Assembly (NCBI GenBank): GCA_900088475.1 | Contig: FLMG01001546.1 | Location: forward strand, 62,001 to 126,000 | DNA: 64,000 bases | DNA from: Hyphochytrium catenoides | Lineage: Eukaryota; Protista; Hyphochytriomycota | Direction: 5' to 3' | In this document: piece after piece, positions 24,601-39,600 of the stretch | Layout: every line of letters starts with the position of its first letter | Numbering within the stretch: the stretch's first letter is position 1 | Position numbers and translations under genes: made by a program | Notes under the pieces: model-generated | Database searches by the model: none | Told to the model about the DNA's origin: nothing | The model's input: the letters and a program-made list of their open reading frames with translations, nothing else

Positions 24601-27600
24601 CTTCCTCTTGAGCTATAAGAGCCGACAACTCCTTTCCATAAACTGCACGCTGATGCGACAGAACCTCGATTTCATTTTTCGAAAGCTCCAGAGCCTCTCG
24701 CGTCGCGAGGCTCTTGACCCCGTTGTCCCTCACGAGGGCCGTAAGAGCTTTCTGCTTCTCTCCATCCAGCGCCGCTAGGACAGCGTCCCTTCCGTCCTGC
24801 ACTCATGACAGTCTTTAGTAAAAGAGTCCTCAAATGTCAGACTGTAAAGGCCACTCACAGCCAGATTCACTGCATCAGGAACAATGTGTCCTTCGTGCTC
24901 CCTCCACTTTTGCAGAATCTCTTCCCTAGATAGCTCACCTCTGTCGTCAGAAGAAATATTCTGGATTAGTGATCGAGGACTACATGACAGTTGTAGATGG
25001 CGAGGACATAACGGGGCTGAAGTAGGGAGATAATCTAAGGTGCAAACGCGGTGAAGAGAACTTCTTGGTAAATTTCTAAAGCTTCTTACCTCTCCATAGC
25101 CTCGACATCGGCTATCTTCGAACGAACCTCGTTTATGAGTTCTCGGTCTAGCTTTGCTTCCTTGAAATGGTGTTCTAGGGCTAAATCTATTAATAACTCC
25201 TCCTTTTCGAGCTGAGTCTGTCTGAAATAAACTTCGTCGTCTCCGGATCGTAACTTCGAAGTCAGCTTTTCTTTGGCAAGTTCAATTATAGATCTCTTGG
25301 CAATGACCTTTTCCTGTATCGAAGCGAGATCTCTTTCTTTTTGAAGCAAGGCCAGCTCTTTTCGCTCAACTTCTTTGAAGAGTGCTTTAACTCTTCTAAT
25401 ATCAGCATCATCCTCCGTGCCCTGCAGCTCAAGCTTGAGCTTCAGCCGCTCAGTTTGGAGAGAAGCTATCTCGTTCAACAAAGGTGAGGGAGGAGGTCCT
25501 TTTCTCTCACTAGTGTCCACAAGCCTGTCAGTTTCGGGTGGTCCCAGCGACCAGGGCGATAAATATGCGTTAGAGAGTTAAAAGGAAGCAGCAAGTCGTC
25601 TAAAATTTCACGTACTAGGGTAGGCGAACATGCGGATTGCGTGCAAAAAACGAAGTATAGGTAAATGCAAGAGCCTTATACTTCAAGATGGACTCCATAG
25701 GTGAAGAGGCATCCTGCCCCCCTGCGTGGCGACTGTTTACCTGAGGTCCTGACGCAGCTGTAGATGTTGGTCTTCAGCATCTAGTCTTGCCTTTTTGGCA
25801 GCGTTTGCCAAAGCTGCTGTGAGCCTTTCCCTGCAGGTCTCAAGAAGCTTCTCTTCAGCCAAGCCGTTTTCTTTCCTTTGTTTCTGAACCAATTCATAGT
25901 CGTCAAGCTGCACAACAAGTGATGACTCTCAGTCTCTTTTTTCGCTCTGCATTTATATAAAAGGCACTTACATAAGGCCTCGCTGTTGGTACAGACGGTG
26001 CCATTAGGTCTTTACCCGGAGAAAAGGCACTAGGCTTCAATTGCAACAGCTCGCCTACTTCTGCTACTGCAGATTGGTTGATAACGGATACGACCTCAGA
26101 CACTGCGATGGAAATGACCGGGATCATGGGCTCTGTAGAGGAGAGCAATGGGCTAACCAATGGAGGCATCTCCTCTGTAAGAGGTTTAGTGCTTTCTATC
26201 GAAAACTGAGCAGCCTCAATCATCTTGAGCTCCTCTTCAGTTTTGTCTATCTCAGCGGCGAGAGCCTTAGCCTGCTCATGGCCCTTAGACTGAGTAATAA
26301 CTTATCACTGTAAATGCCTACCTCCGAATTTCCCCCTTCCGTGGCGCCAGGATCAGCAGTCGGCCTAGAGCAGAAGTCATCATTTAGGGTAGATCCGGAA
26401 CATACGTTTTAAGTAGGACGCCATACACTGTAAAGCTCTTCCGTCGCAGGTGTATCTGCTCTTCAGTCTTGGCGACGTTCTCAATCACGCGCTCTAAATC
26501 TCTTCTATCTTCTGAAGCCCTTTCTTCTAGTTCCTTCCTTATTTCCGGCGAGATCTCGACACCTGTATCCTCCAGAGCCATTATCTGTGATAGAAGGCGA
26601 CATCGGTTACGGGCATTAGCCAAGCTTAACAAGAATGAATGCTATTCCTCCCGCTATTGCCAGCCTGTATCTATTCATCTTACCATCTCCTGTCCCATGA
26701 CTTCTACACGTTCAGCATCAGATTTAGCTGCTGCTCGTTCCATCTCAAGGTTCTCTGCCAGGAAATCCTCTTGAACTGGGGCACTATGTAGGAGAGAATC
26801 TATTTGCCGTCCCTCCTCAAGAGATTGGACGGAGGATGTCCGCTTCAACATTATTTCCTTTTCGAGGGCTTGTAAAGCTGCCCTGATTGTTTTTTGGACG
26901 TCCAACATCTTCTGGAAGGAGGAACCAGTCTCTTCCTTCACCAGTTGAAGTCTTTCTTTAGCTGCCTCTGTGGAGCTCTTCAGAGAATCAAGGAAACGAG
27001 AGAGCCTAACTGAGAGCTTCCCCACTGGGTTTAGGAAAGTGATACAAAAGAGGATGATCAAGTTAGCTAAAGTCCATTGTCTTGATCGAAGCGGAGTTAT
27101 CCTACCTAATTCCTCTTCCAAATCCAAATTCTGCTTCTCGATGACACTTTGAAGAAGATTCCAGGAGTCTGTCAAAAACTTATTGAGACCCCTTTCAAAG
27201 TTGTTCATGCCTGCTGCAAAGAGATCAAGCCTCTCTACTATTGCCTTAGTATAAATGTTATCAAAGTCCCCTTCTGTCTTCGTCAACATCTCTCGGTGAT
27301 TTAGAAGCTCCAGGACCTTGGAACCCTTCACTCCCTGCGCATTTGCCTCCCAAATGGCTACCGCGGCGGCGCATCTAATCTTTTCGCAACCGCAAAGCGT
27401 CATGATGCCGAGATAAGGGTTGCTTGCAAGATTGACGGGCAGCTCTCTGATACAATGCTTAAACACACGGTCCATCATCTCCTGCAGTCTATTGAAAGTC
27501 GCTGATTGCAGCTCAAGTGATACCCTATGATCCTAGTAGTCGGAGTGCATATTAGGCAGAGGTATGGCGGGACGCCGTCATCACCGTAATGTACCTTCTT

Positions 27601-30600
27601 CGATGCCTCAAGCATCTCAGCAATCACCCTACGACTTAACTGGAGGGTGCCTCCAGAGAGCGTCTCCGCCAACTCAGCCAGGGCATTGTGAAGGTCTTCT
27701 TGAGCCTGATACGCGTGTTATTAAGACCAATTCTTGCTGATGGCGTTTTCGCCGGTTATGGGCCTTACTGACCTCTGTCAGTCCATCCTGGAAAGACTCT
27801 CTGGCGTTAAGTTCTGCGAAGAGCTGGGTGATCATGAATTTTTCGCTTCCTCCAACAAGCTTCGCTCCTTCAGCGAGCATGACCTGTAAAATCTGCTTGA
27901 TCTCATTGGCCTCAAGCTGACAAGGATAACCTCAGTAAGAGGGCATCAATCTCAGCAAGCTGAACAGATACCGGAAATACCTTTAGAAGCTTCTGAGCTT
28001 CTTCTGCAACCTTGTTCTGTGCCTCAAAGCTCTTGCTGTTAGACTCCTGTATTTGTCTGAGTGCTACCATAACTGCTTCATCGACTAGTGTGTCCTCAAC
28101 CGTTAATCCTTGATCTGACATATAATTGATATCAACGAAAGCTCGGAACAACTTGGGTCAGACCACTGAAGCCTTCTACCTTGAGAATCAGGCGATATGG
28201 GGAGATGGCTTGCCATCGTCTTAGCAAGCTCACCCTGCATCTCATCTTTCTGCACTTCTACTTTAGGTTGTTCTTGGAGGCCAGTCAACTCTTGTCTCTC
28301 CTTAGGCTGCACCATGGCGCCCTTCTGGTGGAGTTGGGAAAAATCCTTCTTCTTCGCCTTTTCTTTATAACCTAGGGGGAATAATAGAGGTGGTCAAAAT
28401 TACGCCGCTTGATGCGTCCTCATACTAGACATACCATTGACGGTCAACTCGCTGCCCATCCAGTTGCTCCTGCGAATATAGTATAGGGAAAGAATCACAA
28501 GGAAAATAACCCCAAAAAGTCCGCTCAACAAGCCGGATACCAATCCCCAATCTGGTGTGAGAATAATATTCTTGGATTTGTTGGCACTTAGTTGCAAGAG
28601 GCTGGAGGAGCTGAGCGTCGTGATACTCTTTCTTGGGTCGGGACAGCTCGTCTGGCCATTCATCACAACTATCACAGACTGGGCAGCAGGATTGCTACTC
28701 ATGCTGAACACATATGTTCCTAGAGTAAGAGAGATTAGTAATGGCTTATAGGTCACCGAGACGCGTCCACTAACCCTCTTCCAAGAATGTAAAGCCGAAA
28801 TACTTGACATCGCTGCCTCCTTCTATTTGTCTTTGCAGCTGCCTGAACAGTCCGAAATCAAAGTTTTGATTGGTGTTCAGCATGCTGTCCTTCACGTATA
28901 TAGGATACACTCTACTCGTCTGCCCTGTCGTCGCTGTCAAATCGAAGAAAACACTGTCTCCTTGCTGAAGGCACACCACCGGGTTCGTAACCGACACCTC
29001 CAAGGGTAAGGCGCCCAACCGCCGCCGAGCTGAGGATGATGTGCCATTGGTCGTCGGAACAGTAGAGGAATAGCTACCTGCAAATCAGTGAGGTTAAGGA
29101 ACACAATTAATTGCATCGGGATGCCAAGGAAGAGTAAATACCTCTCATCTCTGTTGGAGAGACCAGGAAGGACACGACATCGCAAGTTGAGCCCGTCATG
29201 CACTCGATTTTGCCGCTGAAGCCTGTGAGTTTTAGGATGTCGAAACTCAAGACCGGCATGGAGTATAGACTGCTCTTTCTTCTTACCTGGAATCTGGGAA
29301 GGCAGGACGGACACCTGCTGATTCGTCAACGGATCAATCACATTCAATCGTCCACTCTCCTTGTCCACAGTTGTCTTTTTTAGCAGGTCGCGGCAATTCG
29401 CATCACACGTCACATCTATGTCGACTTGACTATGGCAGTCGCAGATGCCAAAGCGGGAAACAAACTGACCCCCTGCAGGACACTTGTTATCGCAGGCTTT
29501 ATCTATGTTGACACATTTACCAGTCGAATCCCGCACATAACCTATGGAAAAAGAAGAGTGATGTTAATAAACTACTAGAACGAAGGAAGGTTACATCACC
29601 TACCGTCCTGACAACGGCTATAAACCTTCGGCTGGCAATCGGTATCCCCGTCTCTGTCGCTCTGAAGCTGCCAATTTTCATCATAGAACTCATACCCAGG
29701 ACGGCATATACAGAGCCCATCCGACTTCTGGAAAGTCCTGAACGCCCCCTTGCATCGGCAGACGACACTACCCTCTTCACTCGTTGAGCTGCTAGAGCAC
29801 GGGCGGCAAGAGGCCTGACCGGACTCGGCGCCGAAACTACCAGCTGGACAAGGGCGACAGGCTGTCCGATTTTCAGAACCTGTGTCGGCGTTAAAATGGC
29901 CCGCTGGACAGGGAGTCGCCGCTGCGGAACCAGGCGGACAATAATGGCCAATGGGACAAGGATATCCCCCGTCTCTCCCCGCATGGCTGGGTATTGCTGT
30001 AATAGTCTTTCCAAGGCAGACAAACCCTCCTAGACATCTAGCGCATGTCGAGCTATTAAGCTGGTCATTATATTGCCCCGCAGGGCAGTCTTCACATCCA
30101 TCAAACGTCGAATTTCTCTTGCCAGCAATCCCTGTAATACGTCCTCGCGTTCCCAGAGGACAAGGGACCGGGAAGCCAGTACCAACTGGACAATAGAAGC
30201 CCTGATATAGATTTTAGTAACTTTTGAGGGCTCCTCGTTGTACTTTAGCTTACCCGAGGACATGCCAGGGGATCTCCCGTTCCGGGTGGGCAGTAAACTC
30301 CATCCGCACATGTTATCGGTTCCCGTGACCCGGTCAAGCAAAAGAACCCAGCAGGACACAAGTTACAAGAAGCGGACCCTTCAGTCGCATAAGATCCTCC
30401 TGGGCAAATGTTTGGAAGCGTGCTACCCGACGGGCAAGCAAATCCCGCTGTGATCTCGTCAGCAAGTCAAGAATAAGACTTTCTGGAAAGTCTACTTACC
30501 TGAACAACGAGAGCAGGATGACGCTGAAGTACCACCTAGCTCAGCTCGATAGGTACCAGCCGGACATTTAGTAGCCTCCGTCGCACCTTCAAGGCAAAAG

Positions 30601-33600
30601 GATCCCGATGGGCAAGGATAGTCCGAATAACTCGCTAAGGCAGTCTGGTTGCATAGGAATCCCGAAGGGCAGCTGCGGCAGCTTTGTCTGGTACTCTTTT
30701 GCATCTCTTCATTGTACGTGCCGGCCAAACATGGAATGGGGGCAGATCCTGCAGGACAATAGTGGCCTGAAATAAAAAGCCAAATTAACAGATCCTTACT
30801 TCAGCCCATCAGCAAGCAAAAGACCATGACCTGCGGGACAATCCTGGCCAAGGNNNNNNNNNNNNNNNNNNNNNNNNNNNNNNNNNNNNNNNNNNNNNNN
30901 NNNNNNNNNTGCTGGACATGGACCTCCTCTGTAAAGCTTAAGTATGGTTAGAACAAGCTCTTTCAGCTCAATCGAGGGACATTACCAAGGGGTCTTGTTG
31001 AGAAAGAGGAAACATTTCGGCGTCTACTCCCGCAAGAACTAAATTCAGAGTGAGGGCTGGCTCAGGTGACGACATCCCTGCTATACAGAAATGTCCAGCA
31101 GCACATTGGCCAGAGATGATCCCGTCGCGACAATATGAGCCGCCTGGGCATTCTGAGCAGTTTGATGCAGACGCAAGTCCGACCGTGGCGCCATAAGTTC
31201 CCAGTGGACAGGGAATTGGCTCGATTGTTCCCTCCTGGCAATAGAATCCTTTGGGACAGCTGGAAAGGGCGCTGGAGCCTTTTGGACAGTATGAGCCCCC
31301 AGGACAGGCCGAGCATGAAGTGCTTGCTAAAGTATTCGTCATCAGTATACAAAGGTGCACGGGGTGTATCTTCTGATCTTTTACCTGGATTAGGATTATA
31401 GGTTCCAGCTGGGCAGTCGACTTCCACAGCAGATCCATTGACACAGAATTTCCCTGCTGCGCATGGAAAGCCTGGAGATGATGGAAGAGTTGTAGATTGT
31501 ACGTGGTAGAATACTTCATCGTCAATAGAATACCTGTTCTAAGGTCCCTAGGCGCAGGAATAGATGCACCACCTATGCACGCGTAGCCCCCGAAACAGAG
31601 CCCTCCGCCGATGGCGGTAGGGAATGGTGATTGCGCCCCACCGCTGCAGTAGAATCCTGGTCCACATGGCCCTGTTGGAGCCGTCAGCCCCGTGGCGTTG
31701 CAGAACTGGCCGGCTGGACAGGGACTACATTGAGCAACAGTCTGAAGCGTGGGAGTAAGTTATACAATAACTAAACACAACTACATAAGAAGCAACAAAT
31801 ATTACTTTGAGAGCGGGCGTGGCGCTGAAGGTACCCACTGGACAAGGATACCCTACATAAGAATCAGTTCCGCTGGGACAGAAGTGACCACCTGGACAGG
31901 GAATAGGTGTGGACGCGTTGGCAGGGCAGTACGATCCTTCTGGGCAAGTCAGACATCTCTCTTGTTGAGGATATGGCTGATAGGTTCCGGCCAAGCAGGG
32001 CAACGCGACGGCAGAACCCAGCGGACAGAAAGAACCTACAGGACAAGCCAGCGTGGGCTCCTTTGTCCCAGAAGGGCAGATAAAACCTCCTGGACATGGA
32101 GTAGTAACGTTGAAAGTACCGCTGGTTGGGCAGAAGAAGCCTGCGCTGCACTGCTGACATTGGTATACCGAAGCAAGACTAGTGGCTGAAGAGTAATAAC
32201 CTGCAGGGCAGGGAAGTGGTTCAGGCGTTCCTTCGGGACAGTAACTGCCAGACGGGCAGATATCTCCTTCCGTCACTGGTCCACCACGAGCAAGGGGCAT
32301 TGAGGTGGTGCTTCCAGTCCTGCAGTAGAATCCTTCCCTGCAGCTACCCGAAGGAGAGGTCAAGCCAGCCTCAGCGCAGAACTTCCCCGGTGTGCATGGT
32401 GCACATTGAGAGGCTTGCTTCAAAGAAGTCTGATTACTGAAAGTTCCTTTTGGACAGGGAGTCAGCATGTACGTGGCCGAACCATTAGGGCAGTAATAGG
32501 CTGGGGGGCATGCAATTGGAGCGTCAGATCCCATGGGACAGTAGCTTCCTGCAGGACAGGTCAAGCACTGCCAAGTGCCTACCAGATTCTGATAGGTCCC
32601 ACTGGGACAGGGAACAGGCGCGCCCGAACCCAGAGGGCAATAGTTGCCGATCGGACATGTATGATTGGTGGTGCCAGCTTTTCCTGGACAGTAAAATCCC
32701 TCTGGACAGAGGACGCTGGGGCTTGTCATATTGCTCTCTGGACACAGATAGCCTGCTGGGCACGCGGTACATTGCTCTTCTTCTGCCAGTCCTGTGCTGT
32801 TAGAAAAGAAACCAGGCGGACAAGGTTTGGGAGAGAATGTGCCCTCAGGGCAGTAGAAACCCCGTGGACAGGTGCCGCCCACCAAGCCTGCAGAGTTTCT
32901 CTGGCCCGTTGGGCGAGGATCTGCGGCACCCTGAAGACAGTAGTATCCTGCTGCACACTTGCCCGTTACGGAGGCACTGGATGCTGTATCCGCGCAATAG
33001 TTACCGGGGCTGCAAGACGTAGGGTGCGATGAGCCCTCGGGACAAAATTGGCCCAGTGAACATGGACCCCCTACTGAGGATAGAGTAGACGGAGTTGAGG
33101 TATTAGAGCCACCTACACAGAAGTAGCCCTGCGCGCATCGGCCAGTCACGTTGGTCTGTCCCGAAGAACGCACGTAGTAGCCGGGTGGCGCTGGAAGGCA
33201 TTGGGAGGGGATGGTAAGTCCATAAGAATCGCTATAGGTCCCACTGGAACAGGGATATTCTGTCGAGTACCGTGTTCCACCAGGACAATAGTGTCCAGGT
33301 GGACATGTGTTGGCTGCATAATCAGCGGTTCCGGTTGGACAGAAGAAACCGGCGGGACAGGTATTACAAGTTTCGCTTCCGCCATTAGCCGAATAGGTGC
33401 CTGCTGGACATGAGATCGGTGCCACAGCTCCTGCAGGACAGTATGATCCCGGTGGACACCGATCCCCACCTACTCGAATACCCCCAAGTAACACAACCAC
33501 CCCAGTAATCGGGTTAGGAACCTCGACTCCAGCCCGGCAATAGTAGCCGGCTGCACAATCGCTCGCAGTCGCCGGGCCGCCAGAACAAAACTTTCCTGCC

Positions 33601-36600
33601 GAGCAGAGTGAGCAGGTAGTTACCGAGGTAGCTGCAGTCGCGAGCGAAAATGTTCCAGGTCGACAAGGCTCCGGTGTCAAACTCCCAGCAGGGCAGAAAA
33701 AACCCTGAGGGCAGGCATAACCTGTAACGCCGTCGTTAGGATTCGGAATGCTGCTACCGCCTTTACATATAAAACCAGCGCTGCAGTTCCCCGTTGGGGC
33801 CATAAGACCAAGCGAGCCGCAATATTGACTGGGCGGGCAAGAAATGCAGTCTGTGGCGGCGGTGCTATAAGAATTAGGGTTGTAGGTTCCCAGGGGACAC
33901 TTCAGAGCTAGCGGTGTGCCGAGGGGACAGTACGTTCCAGGAACACAGGCCTCTCCAAAAGTCATGTTAGCAGAAGGGCATTGATACCCTATCGGACATG
34001 GAGTGCAAGTTGCAGCGCCAGGAGACATAGAATAAGTGCCTGGAGGGCAGGGCAAGGGGCTTGATGAACCCTCCAGAGTGTAAAATCCCGGAGGAGTGAT
34101 GTATTGGGTGGCATTCTCGCTCCCTCCATGACAATAATAGCCCGGCGCACATTTACCCGTAGGTGCTGGTTGTGAGCTCCCGCTACAATAATACCCTGGA
34201 GGGCATGGCTGACAGTCTAGCGCCGAGGTTGAGCCCGTATTATTATTAAAAGTACCAGGAGGACAAGGACTTGCTTGATATGAGCCACGCGGACAGAAAC
34301 CACCTGGAGGGCAAGGTCCTCCCGTACCCGGCACCGCTACAGATCCGGGGGACCCAGGAACAGACGACACGGACCCTGAAATGCAGTAGTAACCAGCATC
34401 ACAGAGGTTTGTTGGCGCGGGTAAACCCGCCCCATTGCAGAAATAGCCAGGACTGCACGGGAGACATTCCTCTACTGCTTTCAGACCAGTGTAATTGCCA
34501 AACGTCCCAATAGGACAAGGCTCCGGTTCTACACTCCCAGAGGCACAATAGTGCCCACGAGGGCATGTAATAGGGGACTGAGAAGCTCCAGGACAGAACC
34601 CTCCAGCAAGACAGGTTAGACATTCCGCTAACGACCCCAATCCAGCGTTGGGGCCGTATCGGCCCGGAGGACAACTCTTCTCCTCGGGTCCTGTAGACGA
34701 CCCTGGACAGTAAAAGCCGGGCGAGCAGCGTCCACGAGGGAAAGTTGAATTTGCACTACACCACCATCCCTTTGGGCATTCCAAGCAGTCCAGGGCTGAC
34801 ATGGCATTGGTGAGATTGTTGTAGGTTCCTGGCGGGCATGGTGTAGGCCTTGAAGTTCCTGCAGTGCAAAAGGAGCCTGATGGGCAAGGAGTCAGGGTGG
34901 AGGTGGGAACTACAGCCGTTCCTTGTGCACAGTACATTCCAGGGAAGCACACCCCAGCAAGAGCCGCCGTACTGTTTGAGTAAGCGCCACCTATCAGCAT
35001 TGCAGTTTGTGACGTCCCTTCAGCGGCACAGAAGTACCCAGCAGGACATCTTGAACATTCTGCTAATCCTGCTTGCGAGAAGTAGCCTGCTGGGCAAGGA
35101 ATCGGTTCACTCGCACCTTCCGGGCAAGCGTAACCTTCTGGACAGCGGTTACAGGCTGGCCAATCGCCAGGCCCCGCATCGGTAGATCCCAACCTCGAGG
35201 AATATGTGCCCCCAGGGCATGCAGCAGGAGAAATGGAGGCTGCAACGCAATAGGATCCCTTGGGACAAGCCATGCATTCTCGCTCATCGATGCGTCCAGT
35301 GTTGTTAGAGTATGTTCCTGCAGGACAAGGGTAGTCTGTTGGGGACCCTGTACCCTTAGGACAGTAGTGACCCGTTGGACAGATCCCTGTGATCTCGCTG
35401 GAAGCTCTTGCACAAAAGTGACCTTCTGGACAAATAGTGCACTCTTCTGCAACTCTCAGATCCCTTCGGGCACTATAGGTCCCAGGAGGACAGGGAAACT
35501 GGGTGGCGTAAGAGGTACCTCCGGATCCGCTACTTGGGCAGTAGTATCCTGGAGCACAAGGAAGGGGAGGATTACTGTTACCTCCGGTCCCCTGTTGACA
35601 ATACTGGCCGGCAGGGCAAGGTAAGCAATCGGTCAGGCTAGCGGCAAAAGTTAGATTGTTGATTGTGCCTGCAGGACAAGGGAACTGCGTAGCGGAAGCT
35701 GTGCCTGAAGGGCAATAGTATCCTGGACTGCATGGAAGCGACGCCACCGAGGCTCCAGTTGAGGGACACGCAAAACCCGGAGGACAAGGGAAGCAAGGAC
35801 CCGTCAGGTTCACTGTTGGGTTATATGTACCAATCGGGCAAGGGAGGGGAGATATGCTGCCCCCCGGGCAGTAGCTACCAGAGCTACAACCGTGGCAGTC
35901 GGAAACAGACGTTGCAAGTGTCGCATTGTTATAGGTTCCTGCAGGACAAGGATTGCCTGTGTAAGTGTCGGTACCCGCAGGACAATAGTACCCCGATGGG
36001 CAGGCAATGCCCCCAGAGGAGCCAGAGGGGCAGTAGTAACCTGGAGGGCAAGGAAGGCAGCCAGAGATGGAAGATTTTCCTAATTGTAGATTAAAGGTCC
36101 CTGCTGGACATGACGGTGGGGAAGATCCAGTGCCCAGCGGGCAATAAGATCCACTGGGACATAGGTTAGAGAGCATCGAGATGTAAGTCGACCCCGTAGG
36201 ACAGAAGTAACCCGCTTGGCACGTTTGGCAAGCATGCGAGACGCTTCTCCCTGCCGTTATATTACCAAAAGTGCCTGCAGGGCAGCGGGTAACTGTGCTG
36301 GCGGGAGAACAATAGGAACCTAATGGACAGGCACTGCCCTCTGGGGTGGGGGATACCGAGCCTGCCGGACAGTGATAGCCGTCCTCGCAAGCAGTGCAAG
36401 TTGCTGCGTTACCGCTGGAATAGGTACCAACCGAGCACTGCACTGGAGGCAATTCGGGATCACTGCAAGAAGAGCCCGCAGGGCAATCGGTGCAGGTGAC
36501 AGATCCCCCCAAGGAATACTTGCCTGTGGGACATCGGACAGGGGCAACATCCGTTCTGGCACAGGAATGTCCTGGGCACGTATCTTGGTCAAATTGCCCA

Positions 36601-39600
36601 TATCGAGGGAAAGACAAACATAGCGTTCTTACCTGCTGGACAGGAGGTGCATTTGTTGGCTCCTGCTAGAGAGTACTCCCCTACTGAACAAGGGACTGCT
36701 ACGGCGGAATTGGTGACAGCACAGGCATAACCAGCAGGACACAGAGTACAGGATGACTGGTTACCCATTGAGAACGAACCCACTGGACAGAGTGTTCGGG
36801 AATCACTGTCCGTCAATGGGCAGTAATAACCGGGCGGACAAGGATTGCATTGCTGTTGCCCACCAACACTGTATGTCCCCGGTGCACAAGCTAATTCAAC
36901 GCTCTCATGTGTAAATGGGCAAGCATAACCAGGCGGACAAGATGTGCAACCTGCTGAGCCCACGATAGAATAACTTCCCGGGGAGCAGTTGATGATGCCC
37001 GTCCCGTCTGCATTGGGGCAGGCCTGGCCCGGTGCACAAGGCGTACATGCTGCCTGACGACCAAGAGAGAATGTCCCTTTCGGACAGCTTTGCGATGTGC
37101 TTTGTTCCTTAGACGGACATTGCTTGCCAGCCGGACAAGCCGTGCAAGAGGCTGCACCCCCTGTGGAATATGTCCCATTCTCGCATGCTACCATAATGCT
37201 TGCTGTTGTGGTCGGACACGCAAATCCAGCAGGGCAGCTTGTGCAGCTCGTCTGATTACCGATACTAAAAGTGCCGAGTAGACAGAGTTGGGGAGTCCCA
37301 TTCAGTGTTGGACAGGCAAAGCCCGCCGGGCAATCTTGGCACCTAACTGCTCCCGTTGCGCTATAACTTCCAGAAGGACATACTATAGGAGGCTGAGAAG
37401 TTAACGGACAGTAGGACCCTGCGGGACAGGTTGTGCAGGAAGTGGAGCCTGGGTTAGAGTATGTGCCTGAGCTACAGGTAACTGGTTCCTGGTCCGTCCT
37501 GGAACAAGAGAATCCAGCGGGGCAAGTTGCGCAAGAACCACTGCCGAGTAAAGAGTAGGTTCCAGTAGGACAATTCGTCGGACTTACGCCAGGATTAGTG
37601 CATCCCTTCCCTGCCGGGCACTTTTGGCAGGTGCTGCTGCCTGCGGTGCTGTAGAAGCCAGGTGAGCAGCCTACTGGGTTCTGAGAAGATGACGGACACT
37701 CACTCCCAGCTGGACACTGCGTGCAGGAGACCGAGGCAGCCGTGCTGAATGTCCCAGACGGGCAAGGGGAGCAGGTAGAAGCTCCCAAAGCGCTAATAGT
37801 ACCAGCGGGACAAGGGGTACATGCCCTAGCTCCTCCCCAGCTGAAGGTCCCTGCGGGGCACTGTTGGGGTGAGATTGCGGGATCAGCACAGCTTTGGCCA
37901 GCGGGACAAGAGGTACACGAGGTGGACCCGTTGTTTACGTTGTATGTTCCCTCAATACAGGGTGCGCATCGGGATGACCCACCTAAGGAGAAAGTACCTG
38001 GAGGGCACGGCAGCGGGTGCAGTGCGGGATCTGAACAGGAAGCTCCAGGAGGGCAAGACACGCAGTACGCAGAGTTTAGAAGAGAGTAAGTCCCTGTCGG
38101 ACAAGCAGCAGGAGCCACTTGATTTGGGCCGCAAGAAAAGCCAGCTGGGCAAGGGATACAAGCACTGGCATTGGGCGCTGAAAACGAGCCTTGGCTGCAC
38201 TCCACTGGCGCCAAGTGGGGCTGAGAACAGGAGTACCCAGCAGGACACGGTAAGCATGACGTTTGATTAGACAGTGTATTGTAGGTTCCCGTTTGGCAAG
38301 TGGAGCACACAATGCTTCCTCCTGATGAAAAAGTTCCTGGCGGACAGGAATTTGGCAGAACCGAAGCACTAGGGCATGCATATCCAGGTGGACAAGCAAG
38401 ACAAGAGGTTGATCCCAGCCCTGGGGCGTAGGTGCCCCCTGCGCATGGGACGCAGCTGGCTGAAGATATTCCCCCAGAAGAAGATGAACTTCCGGAGGGA
38501 CAAGGAATGGGCATCGTGCAGTTGCCGTGACAGTAATGACCAGGGGGGCATGTCAGACAGAAGTCTGAGCCATTCACTACGACATTGTACCGTCCTGCTC
38601 CGCAAAATTGAGGGCAGGTGGAAACGACAGGTGCAATCATAAATTTGACTTTGGCACTCTGCGGAACGAAAGATGCGTTGCTACCGTTGTATGCCAGATC
38701 TAAGCTTGCAGCTTGATGCAGCAGGCTCGAGCCGTATGCTGTTGAGTGCGATCCATTACTACCTGATGCTCGGACCGTTACAATGACGGGAACATTCCAA
38801 TTCGCGGGCTCGATCTGCAGGGGCAGGTCAGTTTCTATCTCTAAGTAGTTCATTTCATGGCCGCCCACTCCTTGTTCGATCACATCGATCGTCACTGGTG
38901 CTTTTGGTCTGGAAAGGAGTGACACTGCATACGTCGTAGTCTCACCCTCCACTAAGAAAGTATCCGCTTTCAATAGGCTGATTCCGGTCACATCATTCTC
39001 ATAGATGAGTACAGGCAATGTGAAGTTGCTCATTGCCTCTGTGGAGCCATCTTCCCTTTTGACCGTTACCATGTGAACAATGGACTCCAGACGAACTGGG
39101 TTAAGCAGAGCATCGTCATCGTCGATAACTCTGACCACAATATTTTGAGGGATGGAGTAGTTCGAGGTACTGAAACTTAGTGAAGGAGGGGAGATAGTGA
39201 TCGATCCAGACGCAGGGACCATTGTAACGACCACGGGATCGGTCGGTACCTCAAAAAAGGCAATTGAGTAGCCAGCACTTTCTCCCTCATAAACCTTGAC
39301 TCGACTGACATTAGAAAGAATTTGCGAAGGGCGGGTATCGTCAGCGATTGTCAAACCAGGTATGCTTTCACTCTCATCGATCACGGTAGACACATTCTTG
39401 GTCCTCGCGCGAATTGGTCCTGTTATGCCGGCACGGGGCGGATTCATGACCCCCTCAACTTTTAGGGTCAAGCTTGTCTGAGCTGAGAGTGCCTGGTCGA
39501 TCTGGATTACAAGCTTCATAAAGTTTGCTTGCCTTTCGATCATAATGGATGAGACAGATATGGTGTCAGGACTGACCATTATCAAAGGGTACTTTACTAT

